A program made the position numbers and the translations under genes. Below, piece after piece: positions 9,841 through 17,293 of a stretch of DNA of 64,000 nt (positions are counted from its first letter, which is position 1; every line of letters begins with the position of its first letter). The notes beneath the pieces are model-generated. The model did not search any database. It was not told the origin of the DNA and saw only the letters and a list, made by a program, of their open reading frames with translations. The DNA is from Gammaproteobacteria bacterium (GTDB lineage: Bacteria; Pseudomonadota; Gammaproteobacteria; CAJXQU01): contig CBDEGZ010000003.1 of assembly GCA_965238175.1 (NCBI GenBank), forward strand, positions 416,001 to 480,000, written 5' to 3'.

Positions 9841-11094
9841 ATGGACCAGCAAAACAACATTAAAAACTCAAGCAACTATGACGTGTTATACGCAAATATT
9901 TCGAGAGTACCGGTTAAGTCATGGACCAAAGGTGTGCCGTTTGATCAGAATTCAAAGGATCAATTATTGAGCCTTTCGCAAATGCCTTTTATCCATAAAT
10001 GGATTGCGGCAATGCCTGATGTTCATGTTGGGAAAGGGGCCACGATAGGAAGCGTCATCCCAACATTTGGTGCGGTTATTCCTGCTGCCGTCGGTGTGGA
10101 TTTAGGTTGCGGAATGATGGCAGCAAAAACGACTCTGACGGCCAATGACCTGCCTGACGATTTAGCTGATATGCGTAGCGCAATTGAAAGTTTGGTTCCA
10201 CATGGTCGCTCTGCTCGACGTCGTGGTGGTCGTGATAAAGGTAGCTGGGGAAATATACCAGATGATGTGGCTGAAGCATGGTCGCCACTAGCTGATGGAT
10301 TTGATCGCCTGGTTGAAAAGCATCCGTTTTTGAAGAATACCAATAACGTCGCGCATTTAGGAACATTGGGAACAGGTAATCACTTTGTAGAGATCTGCCT
10401 GGACGAAAATGAGGATGTCTGGGTGATGTTACATAGCGGATCTCGTGGTGTGGGTAATGCGATTGGAAGACATTTTATCGAAAAAGCACAACGAGATATG
10501 GAACGCTGGTTTATTCATTTGCCTGATCGAGATCTGGCTTATATACCAGAGGGCAGCGAGCAGTTTGGTCACTATATTTCTGCAGTGTCATGGGCACAAG
10601 ATTTTGCCCGCATTAATCGTGAAATAATGATGCAGCGAACATTGCAAGCCATGACTGATGTTTTACCAATAGCATTTACGGCTGATGTAGAAGCGGTGAA
10701 TTGTCACCATAACTACATCCGTAAAGAGAACCACTACGACGAAAACGTGTGGGTCACTCGAAAAGGTGCGGTGAGTGCTCGCAAAGGCGAAATGGGCATT
10801 ATCCCAGGAAGTATGGGTGCGAAATCATTCATCGTTCGAGGGCTTGGAAATGAAGAAAGCTTTTGTAGTTGTAGCCATGGAGCAGGACGTGTGATGTCAC
10901 GTACTCAAGCAAAAAAAGTAGTTTCATTAGCAGAACACGTTCAAGCCACGAAAGGTGTGGAATGCCGTAAAGATGCGAGTGTAATTGATGAAACTCCAGC
11001 AGCGTATAAACCGATTGAACAAGTCATGGAAGCACAAAATGATCTTGTGGAAATAGTACATACCTTAAAGCAGGTCGTGTGCGTAAAAGGATAA
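9841..11094 (+). CDS. rtcB: RNA ligase RtcB (3'-phosphate/5'-OH)
   Basis: MPDVH, GVDLGCG, GTLGTGNHF, HSGSRG, CHHNY, SHGAGR, C-terminal VKG. Confidence 0.97.
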   Translation: MDQQNNIKNSSNYDVLYANISRVPVKSWTKGVPFDQNSKDQLLSLSQMPFIHKWIAAMPDVHVGKGATIGSVIPTFGAVIPAAVGVDLGCGMMAAKTTLTANDLPDDLADMRSAIESLVPHGRSARRRGGRDKGSWGNIPDDVAEAWSPLADGFDRLVEKHPFLKNTNNVAHLGTLGTGNHFVEICLDENEDVWVMLHSGSRGVGNAIGRHFIEKAQRDMERWFIHLPDRDLAYIPEGSEQFGHYISAVSWAQDFARINREIMMQRTLQAMTDVLPIAFTADVEAVNCHHNYIRKENHYDENVWVTRKGAVSARKGEMGIIPGSMGAKSFIVRGLGNEESFCSCSHGAGRVMSRTQAKKVVSLAEHVQATKGVECRKDASVIDETPAAYKPIEQVMEAQNDLVEIVHTLKQVVCVKG

Positions 11095-11203
11095 GCGCGG
11101 AAAGCAGATGCTGGAATGGGCCAGCACCTTTTAGGAAAGAAGAATTCTGTATATTTCTGTTAAAAAAGTAGTTAGGAAAATACAACAAAGAATCTCAATC
11201 TTT

Positions 11204-11278
11204 ACAAACTTGCGGAGCTGGTTTTAACCAGCCTGACACCAGGTTCTTTGAGCCAATGTGTATCGGTTTGTGCGGGTT
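11204..11278 (+). ncRNA. Putative branched structured RNA element
   Basis: AACTTGC/GCGGGTT closing helix (11207-13/11272-78) encloses GCTGG-TTTTAA-CCAGC and GGTTC-TTT-GAGCC hairpins. Confidence 0.4.
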
Positions 11279-11286
11279 AGATAACT

Positions 11287-11352
11287 ATCGTTATAGCTAA
11301 ATGGTAAAGCGCTGGAAACAGTCATGTGATGGTTCGACTCCATCTAACGATG
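11287..11352 (+). ncRNA. tRNA-like RNA lacking an anticodon (arm replaced by CTG-GAAA-CAG)
   Basis: 7-bp acceptor ATCGTTA/TAACGAT; TAGCT..TGGTA..AGC D arm; T arm GATGG-TTCGACT-CCATC; no encoded CCA. Confidence 0.85.
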
Positions 11353-11354
11353 CT

Positions 11355-11428
11355 ATCACTATAGCTCATATGGTTAGAGCAGTTGACTCAAAATCAATTT
11401 GTAGCCGGTTCGAATCCGGCTAGTGAAC
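11355..11428 (+). tRNA. Atypical tRNA or tRNA-like RNA, anticodon CAA, short variable loop
   Basis: Acceptor TCACTA/TAGTGA with A1:A72 mismatch; D arm GCTC/GAGC; GTTGA-CTCAAAA-TCAAT; T arm GCCGG-TTCGAAT-CCGGC; no encoded CCA. Confidence 0.85.
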
Positions 11429-11484
11429 CGCCGAAAGGCACCAACTTACACATTAAAGTGTATTGAAATAATGTCTGAAAGGAC

Positions 11485-11761
11485 AATGTAAAACGCTCCA
11501 GACAGCAGATCATTTATGAAAAATATTCTAGTTGTTGAAGATTTCACCTTCTTCGGAAGAGGCAGTTCAGAGATAACAAGAGTGGCCTGAATAGGTCTGA
11601 ATAGACTTGAAGCGTCAACATGCAAACGACCTTTGTGGTGGGTTTGTAACTTGCGAATTTATGAGACTTTTCAATAGAGATAATTCTGTTGTCATCGCCA
11701 TAATCATCCCAGGATACATAAACCAACGAGCTAGTTTGTATGTGGAGCGTTTACATTTTTT
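11485..11761 (+). ncRNA. Putative ~275-nt structured ncRNA upstream of the SPFH gene
   Basis: 15-bp end helix 11485-11500/11743-11757 with one bulged A, then a T run; nested 9-bp helix 11501-09/11685-93; C(UUCG)G hairpin at 11548-59. Confidence 0.6.
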
Positions 11762-11774
11762 AAGGAGAATTAGT

Positions 11775-12938
11775 ATGTTTTTTATGAAAAAAATTATCGT
11801 TCCTGAAACGCATCATGCTTTGTTATTCAAAGACGAGCCGTTCAGTAATGTACTTATGCCAGGTGTTTATAATTTGCTCGACTTAAGAAATCGAATTAGA
11901 TTTTCTCTAGTTGATATTTCTAACACCTTAGAAAATGGTGTAAATGATCAGGCGATGAAAGTTTTAAAACTACATCCTGAAAAAATGAACGCACACGTAC
12001 AAATCTGGGAAACCGGAGAACATGAAGTAGGACTTGCTTATCAAGACAATATCTTGAAAGAAATTAAAGCACCTGCCGAACGTGGCGCTTATTGGACAGG
12101 TTTTGGTGAAGTAACGATCAAAAAAATCGATATTTCTGAAATCTTCAAGCTGGATAAAACACTCGCAAGAATGGTGTTAGCCGCTAAAGACTCCTTGCTT
12201 AAAAACTCAGCAATTAGCGCAGTGACTACGGCTACTATTCCAGAACGTCATTTTGGTTTTTTGGAAGTTGGTGGTGAACAGCACTCTAAGTTAGACGCAG
12301 GTATCCATGTTTGGTGGAAATTCAATCGTAACCTAAAGGTTAAACAGATTGATTTAAGGCTACAAAACATGGAAGTTAATGGACAAGAAATTTTGACCAA
12401 AGACCGTGTTGGTTTGCGTGTTAATTTATCTGCTACCTGGCAAGTCAGTGATGCAAAACGTGTGTCTGCAGAATTAGCAGATCATACTGATTATTTGTAC
12501 CGTGAATTGCAGTTAGCATTGCGTACGATTGTTTCCACTCAAACATTGGATGAGTTGCTTGTCGATAAAAATAAACTGAATCAAAAAATTCAAGAGATTG
12601 TTGTCAGTAAAGCCTCTCAATACGGCATTGAGTTAAAAACGGTTGGTGCAAGAGATATTGTTTTACCCGGTGAAATGAAAACGATTTTGAGCCAAGTTGT
12701 TGAAGCCGAAAAAATGGCTGAAGCAAATTTGATCAAACGTAGAGAAGAAACCCAGGCGACAAGATCATTGCACAACACTGCAAAAGTGATGGAAGGAAAC
12801 CCAACCCTTTTACGTTTGAAAGAACTGGAAGTGCTAGAAAAAATCACATCACAGATCAGTACGCTAAATGTTTATGGTGGCTTGGATGGCGTTATGAACG
12901 ACATGGTTCGTATCCCATCGACAGCTGCTAAGACATGA
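11775..12938 (+). CDS. SPFH/Band-7 (slipin-family) protein
   Basis: AAGGAG SD plus ATG 11775; QEILTKDRVGLRVNL, DIVLPGEMK, RREETQATRSLHNTAKVMEGNPTLLRLKELE; no obvious TM helix. Confidence 0.9.
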   Translation: MFFMKKIIVPETHHALLFKDEPFSNVLMPGVYNLLDLRNRIRFSLVDISNTLENGVNDQAMKVLKLHPEKMNAHVQIWETGEHEVGLAYQDNILKEIKAPAERGAYWTGFGEVTIKKIDISEIFKLDKTLARMVLAAKDSLLKNSAISAVTTATIPERHFGFLEVGGEQHSKLDAGIHVWWKFNRNLKVKQIDLRLQNMEVNGQEILTKDRVGLRVNLSATWQVSDAKRVSAELADHTDYLYRELQLALRTIVSTQTLDELLVDKNKLNQKIQEIVVSKASQYGIELKTVGARDIVLPGEMKTILSQVVEAEKMAEANLIKRREETQATRSLHNTAKVMEGNPTLLRLKELEVLEKITSQISTLNVYGGLDGVMNDMVRIPSTAAKT

Positions 12939-12949
12939 TGTTTTTTTAG

Positions 12950-12980
12950 AATGGAGTTAAGCACAAAACTTAGCTCCATT
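12950..12980. terminator. Hairpin terminator after the SPFH gene
   Basis: AATGGAGTTAAG-CACAAAA-CTTAGCTCCATT followed by pyrimidine-rich sequence. Confidence 0.65.
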
Positions 12981-13034
12981 TCTCAACTCTCTTTTAATCA
13001 AATCTATAGAAACCAAAATTAAGAAGGTTTGAGT

Positions 13035-13460
13035 ATGAAAAGTAGCAAACAAAGAAGATTGGAAATTAAAGAAAAAAGGAGAAAAAAAGCTGCAAAGTTA
13101 AAAATTAGTACTTTTGAGGTTTGTGATCCTCTTCCTAAAGGGGCTGTCTTATCAAGCTCAATGGAACTCCGCCATAATAATATTTATTGTGTTTTACCAC
13201 TTTTTTATGTCGATAAAGCTTATAGTTGTCAGGACTGTGGTTCAAAAGAATTATGGACAGCTAAACAACAAAAATGGTGGTACGAAATTGCAAAAGGTAA
13301 TATTTATTCTAGCGCAGTAAAATGTTTGAAATGCCGAAAAAAAATAAAACCAGAAAAAGAGACTCAAAAAAACACATGGAAAAAATGGCACTTAAAGAAC
13401 CCCATCCAAATGAGGCTTTTTTTAAGAAACGTTAATTATTTCAGGAAAAAATCAAGATAA
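13035..13460 (+). CDS. Zinc-ribbon (zf-trcl-like) protein, possibly frameshifted near the C-terminus
   Basis: YVDKAYSCQDCG...WTAKQQKWWYE...CLKC (two CxxC pairs). Confidence 0.75.
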   Translation: MKSSKQRRLEIKEKRRKKAAKLKISTFEVCDPLPKGAVLSSSMELRHNNIYCVLPLFYVDKAYSCQDCGSKELWTAKQQKWWYEIAKGNIYSSAVKCLKCRKKIKPEKETQKNTWKKWHLKNPIQMRLFLRNVNYFRKKSR

Positions 13461-13517
13461 TATCGGTTGAAAATTACCAGAAGAATATACCGAAACGACT
13501 ATATCATGAAAATTAGT

Positions 13518-14743
13518 TGTAGAAGTTTAGACCCAATCTGACACATCACTAAATCAAGCGGAGCGTAGCGACGCTTGATTTAGTGAGAGTTACCCGCTTT
13601 GATGTAACTGCAACGTAAACATCAAAACACAAAGAGGTAACTCTCATGATTCATACTAATGACAAAGTTATAAAACATAAAGTTGGTCTACTCAATCTCG
13701 CTGAAGAACTCGGCAATGTCTCAAAAGCCTGCAAGATGATGGGTTTGTCCAGAGATACATTTTATCGCTACAAAGAAGCGGCTGATGAAGGCGGTGTAGA
13801 AGCCTTGTTTGATCGTAATCGGCGTACCCCAAATCTTAAAAACAGAATCGACCCGGCTATTGAAACCGTTGTGCTCGAGTATGCACTGGAAGAGCCCGCA
13901 CATGGTCAAACGCGCACCAGTAACGAGCTGCGCAAACGGGGAACATTTGTCTCACCCAGTGGCGTTCGTTGTATCTGGCTTCGTCATGGTCTTGCTTGCT
14001 TTAAAGATCGCCTGAAGGCATTGTCTGATAAGGTAGCTGGTGAAGGCTTGATCCTCACTGAGTCTCAAGTCGCGGCGATGGAACGCAAAAAAGACGACGA
14101 TGAGGCTTGTGGCGAGATAGAAACGGCACACCCTGGTTATCTTGGCTCGCAAGATACTTACTATGTCGGTACTTTCAAAGGCATTGGTCGGGTTTATCAA
14201 CAAACGTTTGTTGATACTTACAGCAAGGTCGCTCACGCGAAACTGTACCCGACTAAAACACCGATTACGGCAGCTGACATGCTCAATGACCGCGTCCTCC
14301 CATTCTACGAACAACAACGTTTGCCTATGTTGCGCATTTTGACAGATAGAGGGACGGAGTATTGTGGGCGAGCTGACCAGCATGATTATCAGCTTTATAT
14401 GGCGTTGAACAATATCGAACACACCAAAACCAAGGTCAAATCACCTCAGACGAATGGTATTTGTGAGCGATTCCATAAGACGATCCTCAATGAGTTTTAT
14501 CAAGTCGCTTTGCGTAAGAAAATTTACCAATCGATTGATGAACTGCAACTCGACCTTGACGAATGGTTGCTCAAATACAATACTCAACGAACTCACCAAG
14601 GCAAAATGTGCTGCGGGAGGACGCCGATGGAAACACTCATCGACGGACAAGCTATCTGGAAGGAAAAGTTTGTGAATTAAACTTAACCTGACAGTCGGTT
14701 ACTGATAATTGGGTAACTGTCAGATCAAATCTGAATTTCTACA
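13518..14743 (+). mobile_element. IS481-family insertion sequence, copy 1 (1226 bp)
   Basis: TGT...ACA ends, imperfect terminal IRs (TGTAGAAGTTTAGA / TGTAGAAATTCAGA); flanked by AATTAGT direct repeat; second copy at 61583-62808. Confidence 0.93.
13646..14680 (+). CDS. IS481-family DDE transposase
   Basis: HTH (GNVSKACKMMGLSRDTFYRY), QDT, LTDRGTEY, PQTNGICERFHKT, YNTQRTHQG. Confidence 0.94.
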   Translation: MIHTNDKVIKHKVGLLNLAEELGNVSKACKMMGLSRDTFYRYKEAADEGGVEALFDRNRRTPNLKNRIDPAIETVVLEYALEEPAHGQTRTSNELRKRGTFVSPSGVRCIWLRHGLACFKDRLKALSDKVAGEGLILTESQVAAMERKKDDDEACGEIETAHPGYLGSQDTYYVGTFKGIGRVYQQTFVDTYSKVAHAKLYPTKTPITAADMLNDRVLPFYEQQRLPMLRILTDRGTEYCGRADQHDYQLYMALNNIEHTKTKVKSPQTNGICERFHKTILNEFYQVALRKKIYQSIDELQLDLDEWLLKYNTQRTHQGKMCCGRTPMETLIDGQAIWKEKFVN

Positions 14744-15028
14744 AATTAGTACCATCAGTACCCACACTCTGTGTATATACCTTGTGAGCTTGGTGCAACA
14801 CCCGAAGCAACCAACGTTGGAGCCAATATCTGCTTCTTGCTCTATGAGCTCGCAAGGCCTGTCTTCTAAACCAGCAAACTTTTTTACCTGTACAAACGTT
14901 TCTTCAGCGATTTCCTCAACAGAATTTATTGCAGCAGGAAAAAACGCTTTGGTGGGCAATACTAAAACTATTTCTTTGAAAAAAGCATCACCACCAAAAT
15001 GTTTCAACTTGAAACTGAAAATCCTCAT
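14744..15028 (-). pseudogene. Probable degraded gene remnant abutting or interrupted by IS481
   Basis: The ORF runs into the IS right end; no family recognised apart from a possible FVQVKK motif. Confidence 0.3.
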
Positions 15029-15114
15029 CCGACAAGATTCGCTTCGATTTAAAAATACCTAACATAAATCCGAATATCTATTCGTGGCACAACTCTTAAA
15101 TTGCAAGTTTTGAA

Positions 15115-15495
15115 TTAATCACCAAGCAATTCAACCATATAACCATCCGGATCTTTTACAAAAGCAATAACCGTTGTTCCACCCTTCATTGGTCCCGCTT
15201 CACGAACAACCTCACCGCCTCGTGCTTTGATTTCTTCTGCGGTTTTATAAACATCATCCACACCTATTGCGATATGGCCATAAGCATTTCCTAAATCATA
15301 ACTTTCTGTTCCCCAATTATGGGTCAATTCTAATACTGTCGACTCCGATTCATCACCATAACCAACAAATGCGAGCGTAAACTCACCTTCGGGGTAATCA
15401 TTTTTACGTAATAATTTCATACCCAGAACACCCGTATAAAACTCCAAAGAGCGATTTAAACTGCCCACTCTTAACATCGTATGTAGCATTCTCAT
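15115..15495 (-). CDS. gloA: Lactoylglutathione lyase (glyoxalase I)
   Basis: [30 protein letters not shown]. Confidence 0.95.
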   Translation of the reverse strand: MRMLHTMLRVGSLNRSLEFYTGVLGMKLLRKNDYPEGEFTLAFVGYGDESESTVLELTHNWGTESYDLGNAYGHIAIGVDDVYKTAEEIKARGGEVVREAGPMKGGTTVIAFVKDPDGYMVELLGD

Positions 15496-15559
15496 CAGCG
15501 CGATCCTGTTTTTTATTTTTAGCCTCTTTTCTAGAGGCTGTTGTGTTGATCTTTTTTGA

Positions 15560-16576
15560 TCAAATATTTTTCTTTACTTTTTTTACGGTATAAATAAAAA
15601 TCGTCATGCTTAATAATAACAGCGCAGCCACGCCATTATGCGCAACAGCAACATGTAGTGGTAACCCCATCGCGATATTTGCGATACCTAAGGTCACTTG
15701 TAATAACAGGAAAAAACCCATTAATAACGCCGCTTTTTGGATTGAACTGTGCTCATTTCTCATTGCTAGCAGAAACAAAATCGATAGCGTGAAAAAAGTG
15801 GCTATGGCACCTATTCGATGCATCATATGAATTGCAGTTCGTGCATCGGTTTTTAAAACACCGAATTCATAATCGATTCCTAAACCTCTCCAAAGCGTAA
15901 AACCTTCCTTAAAATCCATTGCTGGCCACCAGTAGTTTTGGCATGTTGGAAAATCTGGACAAATCAAAGCTGCGTAATTACTGCTTGTCCAACCGCCTAA
16001 AAAAATTTGTATAAAAAGAACAATAAATCCAAATATAGCTAAGGGTAAAAGTACACCTGTTTTACTTTCCGGTGTTGTAATTATTTTTCTCTCACGTGTT
16101 GCTATAACCACCCACGTCAGCAAAACCATTGTCGTCATCCCGCCAAGCAGATGTCCGGTAACAACTAATGGTTTCAATAGCAGGGTTACTGTCCACATTC
16201 CAAGTAGCCCCTGAAAAATGACAAGACCAACTAACACAATTGGAATAATAACCGGCTGATCAGGATCTCGCCGATTACGCCAGGCTAAAAAAGCCATGAT
16301 CAAAATCAAAAAACCCAATGTGCTAGCCAAATATCGATGGATCATTTCTTTCCAAGCTTTTTCTGGCTCTAACTCTCTATGTAACTCATTACTTTCTTCA
16401 TCTCTAAAACTATCATCTATGTGTTCGCTGGTTTCCGGTACCAGCAGATTTCCATAACAACCTGGCCAATCCGGGCAACCAAGACCGGCATCAGACAATC
16501 GGACATAAGCGCCCAACACTATGACACAAAGCACGAGTATTAAAGTAAGCCGAGCAAGCGAGTTAAACGTTTTCAT
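15560..16576 (-). CDS. ctaA: Heme A synthase (COX15/CtaA family)
   Basis: [33 protein letters not shown]; multiple TM helices. Confidence 0.9.
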   Translation of the reverse strand: MKTFNSLARLTLILVLCVIVLGAYVRLSDAGLGCPDWPGCYGNLLVPETSEHIDDSFRDEESNELHRELEPEKAWKEMIHRYLASTLGFLILIMAFLAWRNRRDPDQPVIIPIVLVGLVIFQGLLGMWTVTLLLKPLVVTGHLLGGMTTMVLLTWVVIATRERKIITTPESKTGVLLPLAIFGFIVLFIQIFLGGWTSSNYAALICPDFPTCQNYWWPAMDFKEGFTLWRGLGIDYEFGVLKTDARTAIHMMHRIGAIATFFTLSILFLLAMRNEHSSIQKAALLMGFFLLLQVTLGIANIAMGLPLHVAVAHNGVAALLLLSMTIFIYTVKKVKKNI

Positions 16577-17283
16577 AAAATTTGATCTTTGGTTTTTTCT
16601 AAAGTATTAGTGATTTTTTCTGGTATGTACTGATCTTGTTTCATTTGTTCAATTATTTTTTGATCTATATGGGGAACAAATTGAACCGGAATGCCTAAGT
16701 GTTTTTCTAATGTATCCAAAGTTTCTTCTAATTTTTCATAATCTGCATCTATTTGATTTGCCACACAAGCAATCAAACCCAGACCTTTTTCTTGTATTGC
16801 CTGGGCAGTTAACAAAGCATGATTTATACAGCCAAGCCGTAAACCAACAACCAGAATCACCGGAAGCCCAAGTACAACAGCTAGATCAGACATATACCGA
16901 TCATCACTGATTGGAACTTGCCAACCACCAACTCCTTCCACCAAAACAAAATCAGTGCTATCCGAGATAACAGAAAATTTTTCAAGAATAGTATCAAGAT
17001 CAATTTTCTGATCAAGATCTTTAGCAGCAAAATGTGGAGATACAGATGGCTGAAACGCATACGGGTTGATCAAACCATAATCTAGCTCAAGATTTGACTG
17101 CTGCATGATCAAATCCGCATCTTCATTTCTCAAACCTTGGCTGGTTTTATAACAACCACTTGCGATAGGTTTCATACCTACAGTATTCAAACCAGAACTG
17201 GACAATAACTTGATCAAACTCGCCGTGATGATTGTTTTACCAACACCCGTATCCGTACCCGTAATAAAATAGCCCTTAGTCAT
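16573..17283 (-). CDS. bioD: Dethiobiotin synthase
   Basis: FITGTDTGVGKT, KPIASG, VEGVGG, LGCINHALLT. Confidence 0.95.
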   Translation of the reverse strand: MTKGYFITGTDTGVGKTIITASLIKLLSSSGLNTVGMKPIASGCYKTSQGLRNEDADLIMQQSNLELDYGLINPYAFQPSVSPHFAAKDLDQKIDLDTILEKFSVISDSTDFVLVEGVGGWQVPISDDRYMSDLAVVLGLPVILVVGLRLGCINHALLTAQAIQEKGLGLIACVANQIDADYEKLEETLDTLEKHLGIPVQFVPHIDQKIIEQMKQDQYIPEKITNTLEKTKDQIL

Positions 17284-17293
17284 ATTTCAAACT

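Noticed and set aside
11387-11393. Reading TCA in the loop as a Sec/opal-suppressor anticodon
   Set aside because: In the 7-nt loop, positions 34-36 are CAA, and the long acceptor and variable arms of tRNA-Sec are absent.
11287-11428. tRNAs as an integration site (att) of a prophage or ICE
   Set aside because: No integrase and no duplicated tRNA 3' end were seen; the tRNAs lie inside the operon, not at an island edge.
11204-11761. Calling these RNAs canonical Y RNAs (YrlA/YrlB) or a known ribozyme
   Set aside because: No Ro60/Rsr gene is in the window, and I found no recognisable Ro-binding stem sequence or hammerhead CUGAnGA/GAAA core by eye. An Rfam scan is needed.
11607-11774. TTG-initiated 56-aa extension of the SPFH ORF, and antisense ORF 11544-11726
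   Set aside because: A strong AAGGAG precedes ATG 11775, and the region is better explained by RNA helices.
14709-15062. Overlapping ORFs right of IS copy 1, including a possible Mrr-like FVQVKK nuclease remnant
   Set aside because: Both ORFs borrow a start or stop from the IS end. The motif is too short to assign, so it is kept only as a low-confidence remnant.
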